NCBI GenBank assembly: GCA_044346275.1
Contig: JBIIZN010000001.1
Span: 1 to 51,080, forward strand
Length of the DNA stretch: 51,080 nt
Direction of reading: 5' to 3'
Source: Sediminibacterium sp.
GTDB lineage: Bacteria > Bacteroidota > Bacteroidia > Chitinophagales > Chitinophagaceae
The notes under the pieces are model-generated. The model did not search any database. It worked only from the letters and a program-made list of their open reading frames with translations, and was not told the DNA's origin. Shown here piece by piece: positions 39,127-49,523 of this stretch. The position numbers and the translations under genes are program-made. Positions within the stretch are counted from its first letter, which is position 1, and every line of letters starts with the position of its first letter.

Positions 39127-40779
39127 TTAGTTATTACCCATATTGTTTGCAAGTACCACCGCGTTATAGGCATTTACAATACCGCCAGTTTTTGAGAGGG
39201 TGTTAAATGGAACAGCAATGCTGTCATTACCTGGTTGTAAGCAGGGCGCCGACGACGCAGGCGTGAATACTGTTTTTTCTAATATTGATTTAACCTGTTT
39301 AGCGGTTAAATTGGGGTAGTAGGTGCGTAACAATGCAGCAACGCCAGTTACAACAGGAGCTGCCATACTCGTGCCATCTTGATTGCCATATGTGTTTCCG
39401 CCAGGAAGGGTCGAGTATATTTTTACACCAGGTGCAAAAAGGTCTACATTTTGTTTGCCGTAGTTGCTAAAATCTGCGGCGATACTTGCTTCCGTAATAA
39501 ATGGGTCACTACTAGCACCCACTGTTATGAAACTACTGGCCGTTTTTTTAAAGGTGACCAAATTTGGATTTGGAAATACGGTATTACTATCTAAGTTATT
39601 ATTTTCGTTTCCTGCAGAGTGAACGAGTAAAACATCTTTTTGTTCGGCGTATGCTACTGCGCTATCTACCCAATATTTTTCGGGAGAATAGGCTTTTCCA
39701 AAACTCATATTGATAATTTTGGCGCCATTGTCTACTGCATATCTAATGGCGAGTGCAACGTCTTTATCATATTCGTCGCCGTCGGGCACCACACGCACCA
39801 TCATTATTTTTACAGCATCTGCAACACCATCTATACCGGTACCATTGTCTCTACTGGCCGCAATAATACCACTAACATGCGTGCCATGATTGGGCGTAGG
39901 CCCCATAATGTCATTGTTACCATAAAACGCATCAGAAAAATTATAGTAGTTGTCTCTTACAATGATGGTTCTTTCGTCGTTGGGTAATTTTTCTTTGGCT
40001 ACAAATGCAGCATTTTTGCCTTCAATGTATTCATCCATTTGCGCAATGGTGAAGGTATTTAATTCAGTTTCATCCAATTGCATAAGTCTATGAAGTGATA
40101 AGAGCCCTAATTTGGCTTCTTTACCTGAAATTGTAGTTGGTATAAACTTTGTAAGTGCTTCTCTATTGTAGCTCACTACATTCATTTCTTGTTTTAGTAC
40201 TTTATCATGCTTTTTAAAAGCACTGGCAAGCATTTCAACATATTTTAGTTGGTCTTTTTCTTCGTCACTAAAATTTAATTCTGATTCTGTTCTTTTCCAA
40301 GTGGCAAAAAGGGCTTTATCGGGGCTACTTAGTGTGTTTGTATCGAGGTTTGGGTTTGAAAATTTCGCTTTGTATTTGTGGTAAATTCTTGAACGCTCAT
40401 CTGGTGCTCTTTTAACGCTTTGCCCATTTTTACCGCCTAAAAAATTCCAGCCATGTACATCGTCTACATATCCGTTTTTATCATCGTCAATACCATTGCC
40501 CGGGATTTCTTTGATGTTGGTCCACAAAATATTTCTCAAGTCTTCATGTGTAGTATCAATACCTGAATCTAAAACTGCAACAATAATGGGAGTAGCTTTT
40601 TTATTTTTGCTACCCAAGTAGTCGTATGCTTTTAGTAAACTAATGCCTAATACCTTATCTGAACTGGGGTCTAGTGCTTGCCAGTTTTTATTGTTTATTT
40701 GCGCCTGTGAGGCCTTGAAACTGCAAACTAGTAAAAAGATAGATCCAATAAATTTTACAAAGGGGAAGCGTGTTTTCAT
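39127..40779 (-). CDS. S8 subtilisin-like serine peptidase, exported
   Basis: VAVLDSG, HGTHVSG, GTSMAAP catalytic triad; signal peptide SQA/Q. Confidence 0.95.
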   Translation of the reverse strand: MKTRFPFVKFIGSIFLLVCSFKASQAQINNKNWQALDPSSDKVLGISLLKAYDYLGSKNKKATPIIVAVLDSGIDTTHEDLRNILWTNIKEIPGNGIDDDKNGYVDDVHGWNFLGGKNGQSVKRAPDERSRIYHKYKAKFSNPNLDTNTLSSPDKALFATWKRTESELNFSDEEKDQLKYVEMLASAFKKHDKVLKQEMNVVSYNREALTKFIPTTISGKEAKLGLLSLHRLMQLDETELNTFTIAQMDEYIEGKNAAFVAKEKLPNDERTIIVRDNYYNFSDAFYGNNDIMGPTPNHGTHVSGIIAASRDNGTGIDGVADAVKIMMVRVVPDGDEYDKDVALAIRYAVDNGAKIINMSFGKAYSPEKYWVDSAVAYAEQKDVLLVHSAGNENNNLDSNTVFPNPNLVTFKKTASSFITVGASSDPFITEASIAADFSNYGKQNVDLFAPGVKIYSTLPGGNTYGNQDGTSMAAPVVTGVAALLRTYYPNLTAKQVKSILEKTVFTPASSAPCLQPGNDSIAVPFNTLSKTGGIVNAYNAVVLANNMGNN

Positions 40780-40876
40780 AATGCTAAATTACAGTTTCTA
40801 ACCTAAAAGTGCAGGTCACATCTCTTAAGAAAAGTATAAAAAGCTTGACAATAAAGGGTTCTTATCTGAAGAACGG

Positions 40877-41575
40877 CTACTTGGCCTGACTATGCGCTAA
40901 TAACTGGTCATAAACGCTTCCGTAACTACTACCAACAGGTATTTCCTTTTCACCTACCCAAATTTTACTTTTACTAAACCTATCTATCTTGCTAATGGGT
41001 ACAATGTAAGAGCGGTGAACCCTCATAAAATCTTTGGGTGGTAATTTTTCCAAAATTCCCTTTAGGGTCATTAAGGTTAAAACAGGGCTCGGTTTTGTAT
41101 AAATTTTGATATAGTCGTCAAGTGCTTCAATAAGGTCTACGTCTTTCAGATTAATTTTCATTATCTCGTAGTTCACCTTTACAAAAATGGAGTTGAGTTG
41201 CACTTCCTGCGCACTTAAAAACTCTGTATATTCTTTAATCTTATAGGCTGCTTTTAAAAAGCGGTCGTATTCAAATGGTTTTAGTAAATAGTCTACGGCG
41301 TCTGTATTAAATCCTTCTACAGCAAAATCTTTATAAGCCGTAGTAAATACAACAAGGGGCTTATTGACTAAACTTTTATACAAATCAATGCCCGTAATAT
41401 CAGGCATTTGAATATCTAAAAATAAAGCGTCTACTTTATTATCTTTTAAATAGGCTAATGCCAAATCAGTATCACTAAATGTTTTTACGAGTTGTAAAAA
41501 TGATATTTTAGAACAGTATTCTTCAATAATTTTTAGTGCAAGTGGTTCATCATCTATGGCAATACATGTAATCAT
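40877..41575 (-). CDS. LytTR-family response regulator
   Basis: IDDEPLA, FLDIQMP, DYLLKP, FMRVHRSYIV. Confidence 0.95.
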   Translation of the reverse strand: MITCIAIDDEPLALKIIEEYCSKISFLQLVKTFSDTDLALAYLKDNKVDALFLDIQMPDITGIDLYKSLVNKPLVVFTTAYKDFAVEGFNTDAVDYLLKPFEYDRFLKAAYKIKEYTEFLSAQEVQLNSIFVKVNYEIMKINLKDVDLIEALDDYIKIYTKPSPVLTLMTLKGILEKLPPKDFMRVHRSYIVPISKIDRFSKSKIWVGEKEIPVGSSYGSVYDQLLAHSQAK

Positions 41576-41579
41576 ACAA

Positions 41580-42665
41580 TTAGCTATTAATTTTTAAAGA
41601 AACTTGATAGTTATTATTCTCATTACTTATATTGAGTTGATACCTGCCAGGGTATAAAAGCGCTAGCCTTCTTTTGGCGTTGTTAATGCCAATACCTGTG
41701 CTATCTAAATGTGTTGAAATATTGGTGGCTACTGTATTTTTTGCTTCAAATAAAATTTGTTGCGGGGTTGCAGTTATTTGTATATTAATAGCGGTATCTT
41801 CTTTGGTGCTTACGCCATATTTAAACGCATTTTCTACAAATGGAATAAAAAGTAGGGGCGCAATTTGTAAATCACCGGTTATGCCACTTACAAGAAAGTC
41901 AAGCTTTACTTTGTCTGTTAAGCGCATTTCTTGAAGTTCAATATAATTTTTTGTGAATTCAATTTCGTTTTGCAGTGGAACAAAATCTTTTTGCGTTTCA
42001 GATAAAATATACCGCATAATGGATGATAGTTTCATAACAGCAGGCGCCGTTTGTTCACTTTTAATAATAGCTAAACTATAAATGTTATTGAGTGTATTAA
42101 AAAAGAAATGCGGATTGATTTGTGATTTTAAAAAAGATAATTCTGTGTTTAATTTTTCGTTTTCTGTTTCTTTTTTATTTTGTTCCGAACTCAACCACTG
42201 CTGTGTTACGGAAATACAAGTACCAAACGATAAAACCAACAAAAACAAAACCGTATTGTAGGGGTCTGCTAGTCTTCTAGACATCCTGGGCGTTCTAGTC
42301 ATTTTTTTGTCTCCCTTAAATGCAGGGTTTACCACATAATTGCCATTTTGTTCGATGTATTCTGGTGTAGCAAAAATGGTAGCTACTTGTTTGGGTGTAA
42401 AGAGGTATATATTTAAAGAAACAACCACCGATAAAATATACAACCACCATTTTCTATTGATAAGTAATTTGGGTACTAAAAATTGGGTATTGAGGTAATA
42501 AAAAAATATGATGAATACATAGTTGATGAGAATAGTAGCCATCATATGATCGCTCATATTAAATTCTCGCAGTCTTGGAAAGAAAACGAGGTAGGGCACC
42601 GAAAACAAACTTATCCAGGCCACTAAGTGGGTGAGGATGGTGAGTATTTTTTTATTTTCTTTCAA
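41580..42665 (-). CDS. LytS/YehU-family sensor histidine kinase (TTG start)
   Basis: Four TM helices, SQINPHFFFNTLN, PFVENAFKYG, GIGINN. Confidence 0.93.
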   Translation of the reverse strand: MKENKKILTILTHLVAWISLFSVPYLVFFPRLREFNMSDHMMATILINYVFIIFFYYLNTQFLVPKLLINRKWWLYILSVVVSLNIYLFTPKQVATIFATPEYIEQNGNYVVNPAFKGDKKMTRTPRMSRRLADPYNTVLFLLVLSFGTCISVTQQWLSSEQNKKETENEKLNTELSFLKSQINPHFFFNTLNNIYSLAIIKSEQTAPAVMKLSSIMRYILSETQKDFVPLQNEIEFTKNYIELQEMRLTDKVKLDFLVSGITGDLQIAPLLFIPFVENAFKYGVSTKEDTAINIQITATPQQILFEAKNTVATNISTHLDSTGIGINNAKRRLALLYPGRYQLNISNENNNYQVSLKINS

Positions 42666-42768
42666 GATAAAATTTATTAGATGACATAAACATAATAAAA
42701 CTAACTGCCCTACACATAGGAATGCGCATAACTGGGTGAAATAAAAGGCTTAATCGGTAGAAAGCTAT

Positions 42769-43266
42769 TTATGAGAAATGCGCTTTGATTTGCTCGATGG
42801 TTCCAGTTGTAGAAAATCCAGCTACAATGGGGTTAATCACTACACGACCGCCTGCTGCCATCACTTCTTTGGCACCCACAATTTGATCTGTCGTGTAATC
42901 GCCACCTTTAACAATCACATCAGGTAAAATAGCTTTAATAAGTTCAAGTGGCGTTTGTTCATTAAAAATCACAACTGCATCTACTACTATTAAATTTCTT
43001 AATAAAATGGCACGGCTCTGTTCATTGTTAATGGGTCTTGCGTCTCCTTTTAACTGTTTTACACTGCTATCACTATTAAGTCCTACAATTAAATAATCTG
43101 CTTCTTTTGCCGCTGCACTCAATGAAGTAATATGGCCTTCATGTAGTATATCAAAACAACCATTTGTAAATGCAACTGTTTTGCCTTTTGTGCGCCAAGC
43201 TGCCACCTGTGTTAACAATCTTTCTAAACTATATTCCTTAAGTTCAATGGCCTCAATTGCTTTCAT
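42769..43266 (-). CDS. rfaE2: D-glycero-beta-D-manno-heptose 1-phosphate adenylyltransferase (RfaE domain II / HldC-like)
   Basis: FTNGCFDILHEGH, GLNSDSSV, KGGDY, GFSTT; start set at MKAIEA. Confidence 0.88.
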   Translation of the reverse strand: MKAIEAIELKEYSLERLLTQVAAWRTKGKTVAFTNGCFDILHEGHITSLSAAAKEADYLIVGLNSDSSVKQLKGDARPINNEQSRAILLRNLIVVDAVVIFNEQTPLELIKAILPDVIVKGGDYTTDQIVGAKEVMAAGGRVVINPIVAGFSTTGTIEQIKAHFS

Positions 43267-44269
43267 GGGAAATCTTGTTTTTATTATAAATAGGTAAGAC
43301 AAGTAAGCAGATACTTCCAACAATGAGTACAATAATAAATTGGGCAAACCATTGAATGGTACCGTTGGCAAATCCTATTTCAAAAGGCACACCCATTTTC
43401 TCAACAATTTTAGCAATAAAATAAGCATATGCGCCAATGCCACCTGGGGTAACAATCATACCAATACTGCCAAAAGCAAGTGCGGCAAGGGCTGCATTAA
43501 ATCCAAGGCCAGCTGTACCTACTGTTGCACTTAAGCCTACCCATGTACCCACAATGTACAAAACCCAAATAGTAATACTGTACACAATAAACATGCCTTT
43601 TTGTTGAAGGTATCTAATGCTTGATACCCCTTCCCAAATGCCTTTGATAATTTTTTTAGCCGATACCACAAATGGGAGGTGTCCATTTTTCCGACTCCAA
43701 ATTTTTAAAATAACAATCAATAAAATTAATACAGCAATTACAATACCTATTTTTTGCATAGAAAATTGCCCCGATTTGTTTTCAAAAAGTTGTCGAAACA
43801 ATTCTAGTCCATATGAAACGATTAAATCTGATTGCGTAAGCAGGGTGATGATAAAAACTATAGCCAGCGATATTACGTCAACAGCTCTTTCTGCTACAAT
43901 GGTGCCTACCAATTTTTCGGCAGGTACTTTTTCATATTTAGCCAGAAGGGTACATTTTAAAACTTCACCCAAACGCGGTATGGCTAGGTTGGCCAAGTAA
44001 CCAATCATAACTGCGAAAAAAGTATTGGGTAGACTAGGTTTATAACCCATCGGTTCCATCAGAATACGCCATCTTAATGCGCGAACAATGTGACTGAGTG
44101 ATAAAATCAAAAACACGGGCACCATGAGCCAATACTTTGCCCCCTTTAAGGTATTCATGAACTCATCCCATTTGTTGGCAGGAATTTGACGTAAGCTCCA
44201 CCAAACTAAAAATAAGCCTAGTCCAAAAAAGAAGGCATATTTAATGATGGCGCTGATTTGCTTTTTCAT
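43253..44269 (-). CDS. Lysylphosphatidylglycerol synthase TM domain (UPF0104, putative flippase)
   Basis: RALRWRIL, GYLANLAIPRLGE, GTIVAER, TPGGIGAY. Confidence 0.88.
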   Translation of the reverse strand: MKKQISAIIKYAFFFGLGLFLVWWSLRQIPANKWDEFMNTLKGAKYWLMVPVFLILSLSHIVRALRWRILMEPMGYKPSLPNTFFAVMIGYLANLAIPRLGEVLKCTLLAKYEKVPAEKLVGTIVAERAVDVISLAIVFIITLLTQSDLIVSYGLELFRQLFENKSGQFSMQKIGIVIAVLILLIVILKIWSRKNGHLPFVVSAKKIIKGIWEGVSSIRYLQQKGMFIVYSITIWVLYIVGTWVGLSATVGTAGLGFNAALAALAFGSIGMIVTPGGIGAYAYFIAKIVEKMGVPFEIGFANGTIQWFAQFIIVLIVGSICLLVLPIYNKNKISHESN

Positions 44270-44289
44270 GTTACTTGATAAGGTCTAAA

Positions 44290-44297
44290 CAAATGTA
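44290..44297 (-). promoter_or_regulatory. -7 promoter element for the flippase-rfaE2 unit
   Basis: TACATTTG on the minus strand, 20 nt before the ATG. Confidence 0.6.
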
Positions 44298-44438
44298 AGG
44301 CCTTCTACCATTTAAATGAAACCAATTTTTATCATATATATAATATTAAATAATAATATATAAACTTTTCATGAATAGCCAAATTGGTTGATTTTTGTGC
44401 GCAAAGCACTGCGCTAGCTCGATTCCCTATAAATTTCG

Positions 44439-44446
44439 TACCTTTG
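44439..44446 (+). promoter_or_regulatory. -7 promoter element for the GT5-like/DUF4270 unit
   Basis: TACCTTTG about 40 nt before the ATG. Confidence 0.6.
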
Positions 44447-44485
44447 CTCCCTTAAATTAGGCTCTAGGTTTAAAATTGGTGACTC

Positions 44486-45304
44486 ATGTCTACAAAGAAA
44501 AGAATACTGTTTATTGCTACCGAGATGTCTCCTTATTTGGAGTTGACAGAGTTTGCAGAAATCATTAATAAATTAGCTATTAAAAGTAACGATAGTGGTT
44601 TAGAAGTTCGATGTATTATGCCACGTTTTGGGGTGATCAACGAAAGAAGACATAGGTTGCACGAAGTGGTTCGTTTATCTGGAATCAATGTCTCTGTTGA
44701 CGAAGATGATTACCCACTTCAGATTAAGGTAGCTTCACTTCCAAATGCAAGACTGCAGGTTTACTTTTTGGAAAATGAAGATTTTTTCAAGCGCAAACAA
44801 GTGTTTCATGACGAATCAGATACTTGGTTTGATGACAATGCATTAAGAACCGTTTTCTTTTGTAAAGGCGCCTTAGAAACCGTTAAAAAGTTTGGTTGGC
44901 CTCCCGATATTATCCATTGCAGTGGCTGGATGACAGGACTTATTCCTGCTTACATTAAAACCGCCTACAAAAAAGAACCAGTGTTTGGTAATAGCAAAGT
45001 GATTTTTACTATTGGTCAAAATACCTTCGAAAATGAAATAGGGCCAGATTTTATGAAGCAGGCCCTTATCAATACCAACGTAAAAGAAAAAGACTTAGAT
45101 GCTTTTAAAGCAGCCAATAATACAGCACTCTTTAAGGGGGGTGCTAGTTTTGCAGACGCCATCTCATTTGGTTCAGATCAAATAGAAGCGAGCTTAACAG
45201 CCGAGTTTGCAAAAGTGAAAGGCAAAAAAGTAGTTCCATTTAAAGGATGGGACTCCGATTTAACAGAGTATTTAGAATTGTACAACGACCTTGCGGGCAA
45301 GTAA
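44486..45304 (+). CDS. Glycogen/starch synthase (GT5) N-terminal-domain-only protein
   Basis: RILFIATEMSPY, MPRFG, PDIIHCSGWMTGLIP; 272 aa with no second Rossmann domain. Confidence 0.85.
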   Translation: MSTKKRILFIATEMSPYLELTEFAEIINKLAIKSNDSGLEVRCIMPRFGVINERRHRLHEVVRLSGINVSVDEDDYPLQIKVASLPNARLQVYFLENEDFFKRKQVFHDESDTWFDDNALRTVFFCKGALETVKKFGWPPDIIHCSGWMTGLIPAYIKTAYKKEPVFGNSKVIFTIGQNTFENEIGPDFMKQALINTNVKEKDLDAFKAANNTALFKGGASFADAISFGSDQIEASLTAEFAKVKGKKVVPFKGWDSDLTEYLELYNDLAGK

Positions 45305-45314
45305 TTAGACTAAC

Positions 45315-46802
45315 ATGCATTCAAAATTTACAATACGTAATTTTATCGTTTTTTTTGGTTTGATGTTGATGGTTTTTATGGGCTGTACCAAAGTTCCTTC
45401 TACCGAACTTGGTGCTGGTTTAATACCAACAATTGATGGTGTCATTACAAAAGATACCATACTCGATGTGATCACCGATACTTATTTGGATAATGACTCG
45501 CTTCGTGTTTATAAAAATGACAACCATGTTTTGGGTGCTATCTCCAACGATCCTTTGTTTGGAAAAACAGCAGCCTCAATGTATTTCGAATTAGCACCAC
45601 CGTTTTTCCCATTCGCCATTCCAGGCGCAAAAGATAGTATCCGTATAGACTCTGCCGTTTTAATTTTAAGTTACAAATACGCATACGGTGATACTGCTGC
45701 ACCATTAAAACTTACGGTTTCTGAAATTGATCCTGCAACTCCCTTACTTCCAGGGTTTAATTATGCAGCAAACTATCCATCTGCATATAATATTAGAACC
45801 AAAGGAACACTTGCAGATCCAGTAAATATTTTTATACCACGTCTAAAGGATTCAGTGATCAATAGGTATGAGCGTGCAAGCCATCAAATAAGAATTAAAT
45901 TAAGGTCTGATGTTGCGAGACGTTTTATAAGTACCTATGATACCACAAATGCATACCGTACCGATTCTGCATTTAAGTCTTTGTTTGCAGGTTTTGCATT
46001 AACTGTAGATCAAGCTGCTCCAACAAATGCGCTTATTCATATTAATCTCGCAGATACCAATACAAAATTTGCACTCTATTACAATTCATCATCTGCCGGC
46101 GCAACAGTTAGAGATACTGCTGTATCTTATTTTAGATTCAATTCTTTTTCTGGCGGAAGTGCTAATTTCATTTCTCGTAACAGGGTAGGTGCCGAAATTT
46201 CAAGACATACTACAACTACCAATAAATCAGATTCTATTGTGTATGTGCAAACGGCCCCAGGGTCCTATGTACGCGTGAGAATTCCGGGTCTTCAAGGACT
46301 CAGCAATAGAATTATTCATAAGGCCGATCTTATTGCAGAACAGGTGCCCGACGATGCCAATTTGTTTACCACCGACAACTTTATGAGACCACCAAGGTAT
46401 TTATTGTTAAGTGCCATTGATACAGTAGAGAATAGGAAATACAATATCCCTAACGATTATATTTTTTCACCCAACCAAGGGCCTAATAAATCTACCTTTG
46501 GTGGATCTGTTTTATCAAAATCTGTTCCTGGATATTCCAGAATTGCAGCCTATTCTTTTGATATGAGTAGGTATATACAAGGGATTATAACCAGAAAAGA
46601 TCCTGTGTATACACTTCGCATATCGGCACCAACCAACGATTCAATTTTGTACAGAGAGCCTTACCCACAAGTAGGTGCGGTTCAGGTTTATTACCTAGGC
46701 CCTCAAGATGGAAATGATGTTGGTAATGGTCGGGTAAGATTAGGGGGTGGCACACATACCCGTTTTCGAATGCGATTACGTATTATATTTTCTAGAATAT
46801 AA
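45315..46802 (+). CDS. DUF4270-family lipoprotein
   Basis: Lipobox FMG-C, LG...DPLFGKT, IDSAVLILSY; position after the GT5-like gene is typical. Confidence 0.72.
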   Translation: MHSKFTIRNFIVFFGLMLMVFMGCTKVPSTELGAGLIPTIDGVITKDTILDVITDTYLDNDSLRVYKNDNHVLGAISNDPLFGKTAASMYFELAPPFFPFAIPGAKDSIRIDSAVLILSYKYAYGDTAAPLKLTVSEIDPATPLLPGFNYAANYPSAYNIRTKGTLADPVNIFIPRLKDSVINRYERASHQIRIKLRSDVARRFISTYDTTNAYRTDSAFKSLFAGFALTVDQAAPTNALIHINLADTNTKFALYYNSSSAGATVRDTAVSYFRFNSFSGGSANFISRNRVGAEISRHTTTTNKSDSIVYVQTAPGSYVRVRIPGLQGLSNRIIHKADLIAEQVPDDANLFTTDNFMRPPRYLLLSAIDTVENRKYNIPNDYIFSPNQGPNKSTFGGSVLSKSVPGYSRIAAYSFDMSRYIQGIITRKDPVYTLRISAPTNDSILYREPYPQVGAVQVYYLGPQDGNDVGNGRVRLGGGTHTRFRMRLRIIFSRI

Positions 46803-46818
46803 GTAACTAATTACTTCT

Positions 46819-46826
46819 TATATTTG
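46819..46826 (+). promoter_or_regulatory. -7 promoter element for metK
   Basis: TATATTTG 30 nt before the ATG at 46857. Confidence 0.6.
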
Positions 46827-46856
46827 TGTTTCATTATAAGCTATAAACAAAAATTC

Positions 46857-48110
46857 ATGCCTTATTTATTTACTTCTGAGAGTGTTTCTGAAGGACATCC
46901 AGACAAAGTAGCGGATCAGATTTCTGATGCCTTAATCGACAACTTTTTAGCATTTGATCCACAATCAAAAGTGGCTTGCGAAACTTTAGTTACAACTGGT
47001 CAAGTAGTGCTTGCTGGTGAAGTAAAATCTAAAGCCTATTTAGATGTGCAAGAAATTGCTCGTGGTGTGATTAAAAGAATTGGCTACACTAAAAGCGAGT
47101 ACATGTTTGAAGCAAATAGCTGTGGTATTTTATCAGCTATTCACGAACAATCTGCAGATATCAACCAAGGCGTTGATAGAAAAAAGAAAGAAGAGCAGGG
47201 TGCTGGTGATCAGGGTATGATGTTTGGTTACGCAACCAACGAAACCGATGATTACATGCCATTGGCACTTGACTTAGCGCACAAAATCTTAATTGAGCTT
47301 GCTGCACTAAGAAGAGAAAACAAGGCGATCAAATATTTACGTCCAGATGCAAAATCTCAAGTAACACTTGAGTACAACGATAAAAACGAGCCTGTTCGTA
47401 TCGATGCGATTGTTGTTTCTACACAGCACGACGATTTTGATAAGGAGGGCAAGATGCTCGAGAAGATTAAAAAAGATATTATCGAAATTTTAATCCCTCG
47501 CGTAAAAGCTAAGTACAAGAAATACGCTAAGTTATTTAACAAGGATATCAAATACCATATTAATCCAACCGGTAAGTTTGTAATTGGTGGACCACACGGT
47601 GACACTGGTTTAACAGGCCGTAAAATCATCGTAGATACTTACGGTGGTAAAGGTGCACACGGTGGTGGTGCATTCTCTGGTAAGGATCCTAGTAAGGTAG
47701 ACCGTTCTGCAGCTTATGCAACGCGTCATATCGCTAAGAACTTAGTAGCTGCTGGTGTAGCTTCTGAAGTACTGGTGCAAGTTTCTTACGCAATTGGTGT
47801 TGCGAAACCAACATCTATTAACGTAAACACTTACGGTACTGCTAAAGTAAAATTAACCGATGGTCAAATTGGTAAGTTGGTAGAATCTATTTTTGATATG
47901 CGCCCTTATTTTATTGAGCAGCGTTTAAAGTTAAGAACGCCAATGTATAGTGAAACTGCTGCTTACGGTCATATGGGTCGTAAAAATGAGACTATCACTA
48001 AAACATTTAGAACTCCAGACGGTAAAGAGAAAACTATGAAAGTTGAACTATTTACTTGGGAGAAATTAGATTATGTAGCAAAGGTTAAAAAGGCCTTTGG
48101 TTTAAAATAA
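46857..48110 (+). CDS. metK: S-adenosylmethionine synthetase
   Basis: [28 protein letters not shown]; start set at MPYLF. Confidence 0.98.
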   Translation: MPYLFTSESVSEGHPDKVADQISDALIDNFLAFDPQSKVACETLVTTGQVVLAGEVKSKAYLDVQEIARGVIKRIGYTKSEYMFEANSCGILSAIHEQSADINQGVDRKKKEEQGAGDQGMMFGYATNETDDYMPLALDLAHKILIELAALRRENKAIKYLRPDAKSQVTLEYNDKNEPVRIDAIVVSTQHDDFDKEGKMLEKIKKDIIEILIPRVKAKYKKYAKLFNKDIKYHINPTGKFVIGGPHGDTGLTGRKIIVDTYGGKGAHGGGAFSGKDPSKVDRSAAYATRHIAKNLVAAGVASEVLVQVSYAIGVAKPTSINVNTYGTAKVKLTDGQIGKLVESIFDMRPYFIEQRLKLRTPMYSETAAYGHMGRKNETITKTFRTPDGKEKTMKVELFTWEKLDYVAKVKKAFGLK

Positions 48111-48125
48111 ATTAATAAGAAGATC

Positions 48126-48159
48126 AAAAAGCCCCTGCTAATTTTAGTGGGGGCTTTTT
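48126..48159 (+). terminator. Intrinsic terminator after metK
   Basis: AAAAAGCCCCTGCTA-ATTT-TAGTGGGGGCTTTTT. Confidence 0.85.
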
Positions 48160-48194
48160 ATTTAGTAATATATTTGACGCCCGCAACAAATAAT

Positions 48195-48752
48195 ATGCAT
48201 CAAAAAAATCCTTGGACCATAAAAAGCAGTAAAGCCATTTACCAAAATGCTTGGATTGATGTCACTGAATTTGAAGTACTCAATCCGGCGGGTAAGCCTG
48301 GTATTTATGGAAAGGTTCATTTTAAAAATATTGCTGTGGGTGTGGTGCCCATCACGCCAGATTTGCATACCTATTTGGTTGGGCAGTACCGCTTTACACT
48401 TGATGCATACAGTTGGGAAATTCCAGAAGGAGGCTGTCCGGAAGGTACGGATCCTCTACAAACGGCAATTAGAGAGTTAAAAGAAGAAACAGGACTTGTG
48501 GCTGCAAAGTATAAAGAGCTGATGCGCATTCATTTATCCAATTCTGTTTCCGACGAACTCGCTATAATTTATTTGGCAACGGAGTTAACTCAGCAGGATG
48601 CAGAACCTGAAGAAACAGAAGCTTTACAAATTAAAAAAGTATCTTTATCGGACGCTTTTGGTATGGTAGCGGATGGAACCATTACTGATGCTATGAGTGT
48701 TGCTGCACTTACTAAAATTGAATTATTACAAGTGCAGGGCCTTCTTATCTAA
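48195..48752 (+). CDS. NUDIX hydrolase (ADP-ribose pyrophosphatase-like)
   Basis: EIPEGG...AIRELKEETG Nudix box, GQYR; promoter-like TATATTTG at 48169-76 supports the start at 48195. Confidence 0.9.
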   Translation: MHQKNPWTIKSSKAIYQNAWIDVTEFEVLNPAGKPGIYGKVHFKNIAVGVVPITPDLHTYLVGQYRFTLDAYSWEIPEGGCPEGTDPLQTAIRELKEETGLVAAKYKELMRIHLSNSVSDELAIIYLATELTQQDAEPEETEALQIKKVSLSDAFGMVADGTITDAMSVAALTKIELLQVQGLLI

Positions 48753-48763
48753 TTTATTTTCAC

Positions 48764-49513
48764 ATGGCAATCAAACAATCGGCATTAATTATTGGACGTC
48801 AACCACTCGTAGAAGCACTTCAGTCGGGGAGGTCTATCGATAAAATTTTATTTCAAAAAAATATTTCAGGCGAAGCCATTTTGCAAATCAGGCAATTGGC
48901 ACGTGAATACAATGTGCCCATTCAACTGGTACCTCCCGAAAAATTAAATGGTTTAACAAAAGCCAATCATCAGGGTGTTGTTGCATTTGCAGGGCTGGTA
49001 CAGTATTTAGATTTACAACAAGTCATTGATCATGTGGTAGAAAAAGGAGAAGCCCCACTTTTTGTAATGCTGGATGGTATTACCGATGTGCGAAACATTG
49101 GTGCTATTGCAAGAAGTGCACTCTGTTGTGGTGCACAGGCACTTATTATTCCGGATAAGGGCGTAGGTGCGCTTAATGCCGAAGCAGTTAAAAGCAGTGC
49201 AGGTGCACTGGAGCATATTCATGTATGCCGCGTTAATAGTTTAATTAAAGCGGTGGATACCCTTCACTTAAATGGCATACAAGTTTTTACTTCCGAAATG
49301 CGCGCCGATAAAAAAATATATGAACTATCATTAACCGATCCTTGTTGCGTAATTATGGGTGACGAGGGCAAAGGGGTACAGCCTTATTTGGCAAAAGCAG
49401 CAGATGCATTTTTTACCATTCCAATGGCAGGCACTTTTGATTCTTTTAATGTGGGTGTTGCTACCGGTATTGTTTTATATGAAGCCATGAAACAGCGTTT
49501 ATTACAAGCCTAA
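48764..49513 (+). CDS. rlmB: 23S rRNA Gm2251 methyltransferase (SpoU family)
   Basis: NHQGVVA, LDGITDVRNIGAIARS, GDEGKG, SFNVGVA. Confidence 0.9.
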   Translation: MAIKQSALIIGRQPLVEALQSGRSIDKILFQKNISGEAILQIRQLAREYNVPIQLVPPEKLNGLTKANHQGVVAFAGLVQYLDLQQVIDHVVEKGEAPLFVMLDGITDVRNIGAIARSALCCGAQALIIPDKGVGALNAEAVKSSAGALEHIHVCRVNSLIKAVDTLHLNGIQVFTSEMRADKKIYELSLTDPCCVIMGDEGKGVQPYLAKAADAFFTIPMAGTFDSFNVGVATGIVLYEAMKQRLLQA

Positions 49514-49523
49514 TATTTACTGC

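Noticed and set aside
46803-46856. Possible SAM riboswitch before metK
   Set aside because: Only 54 nt, AT-rich, contains the promoter; no aptamer motif
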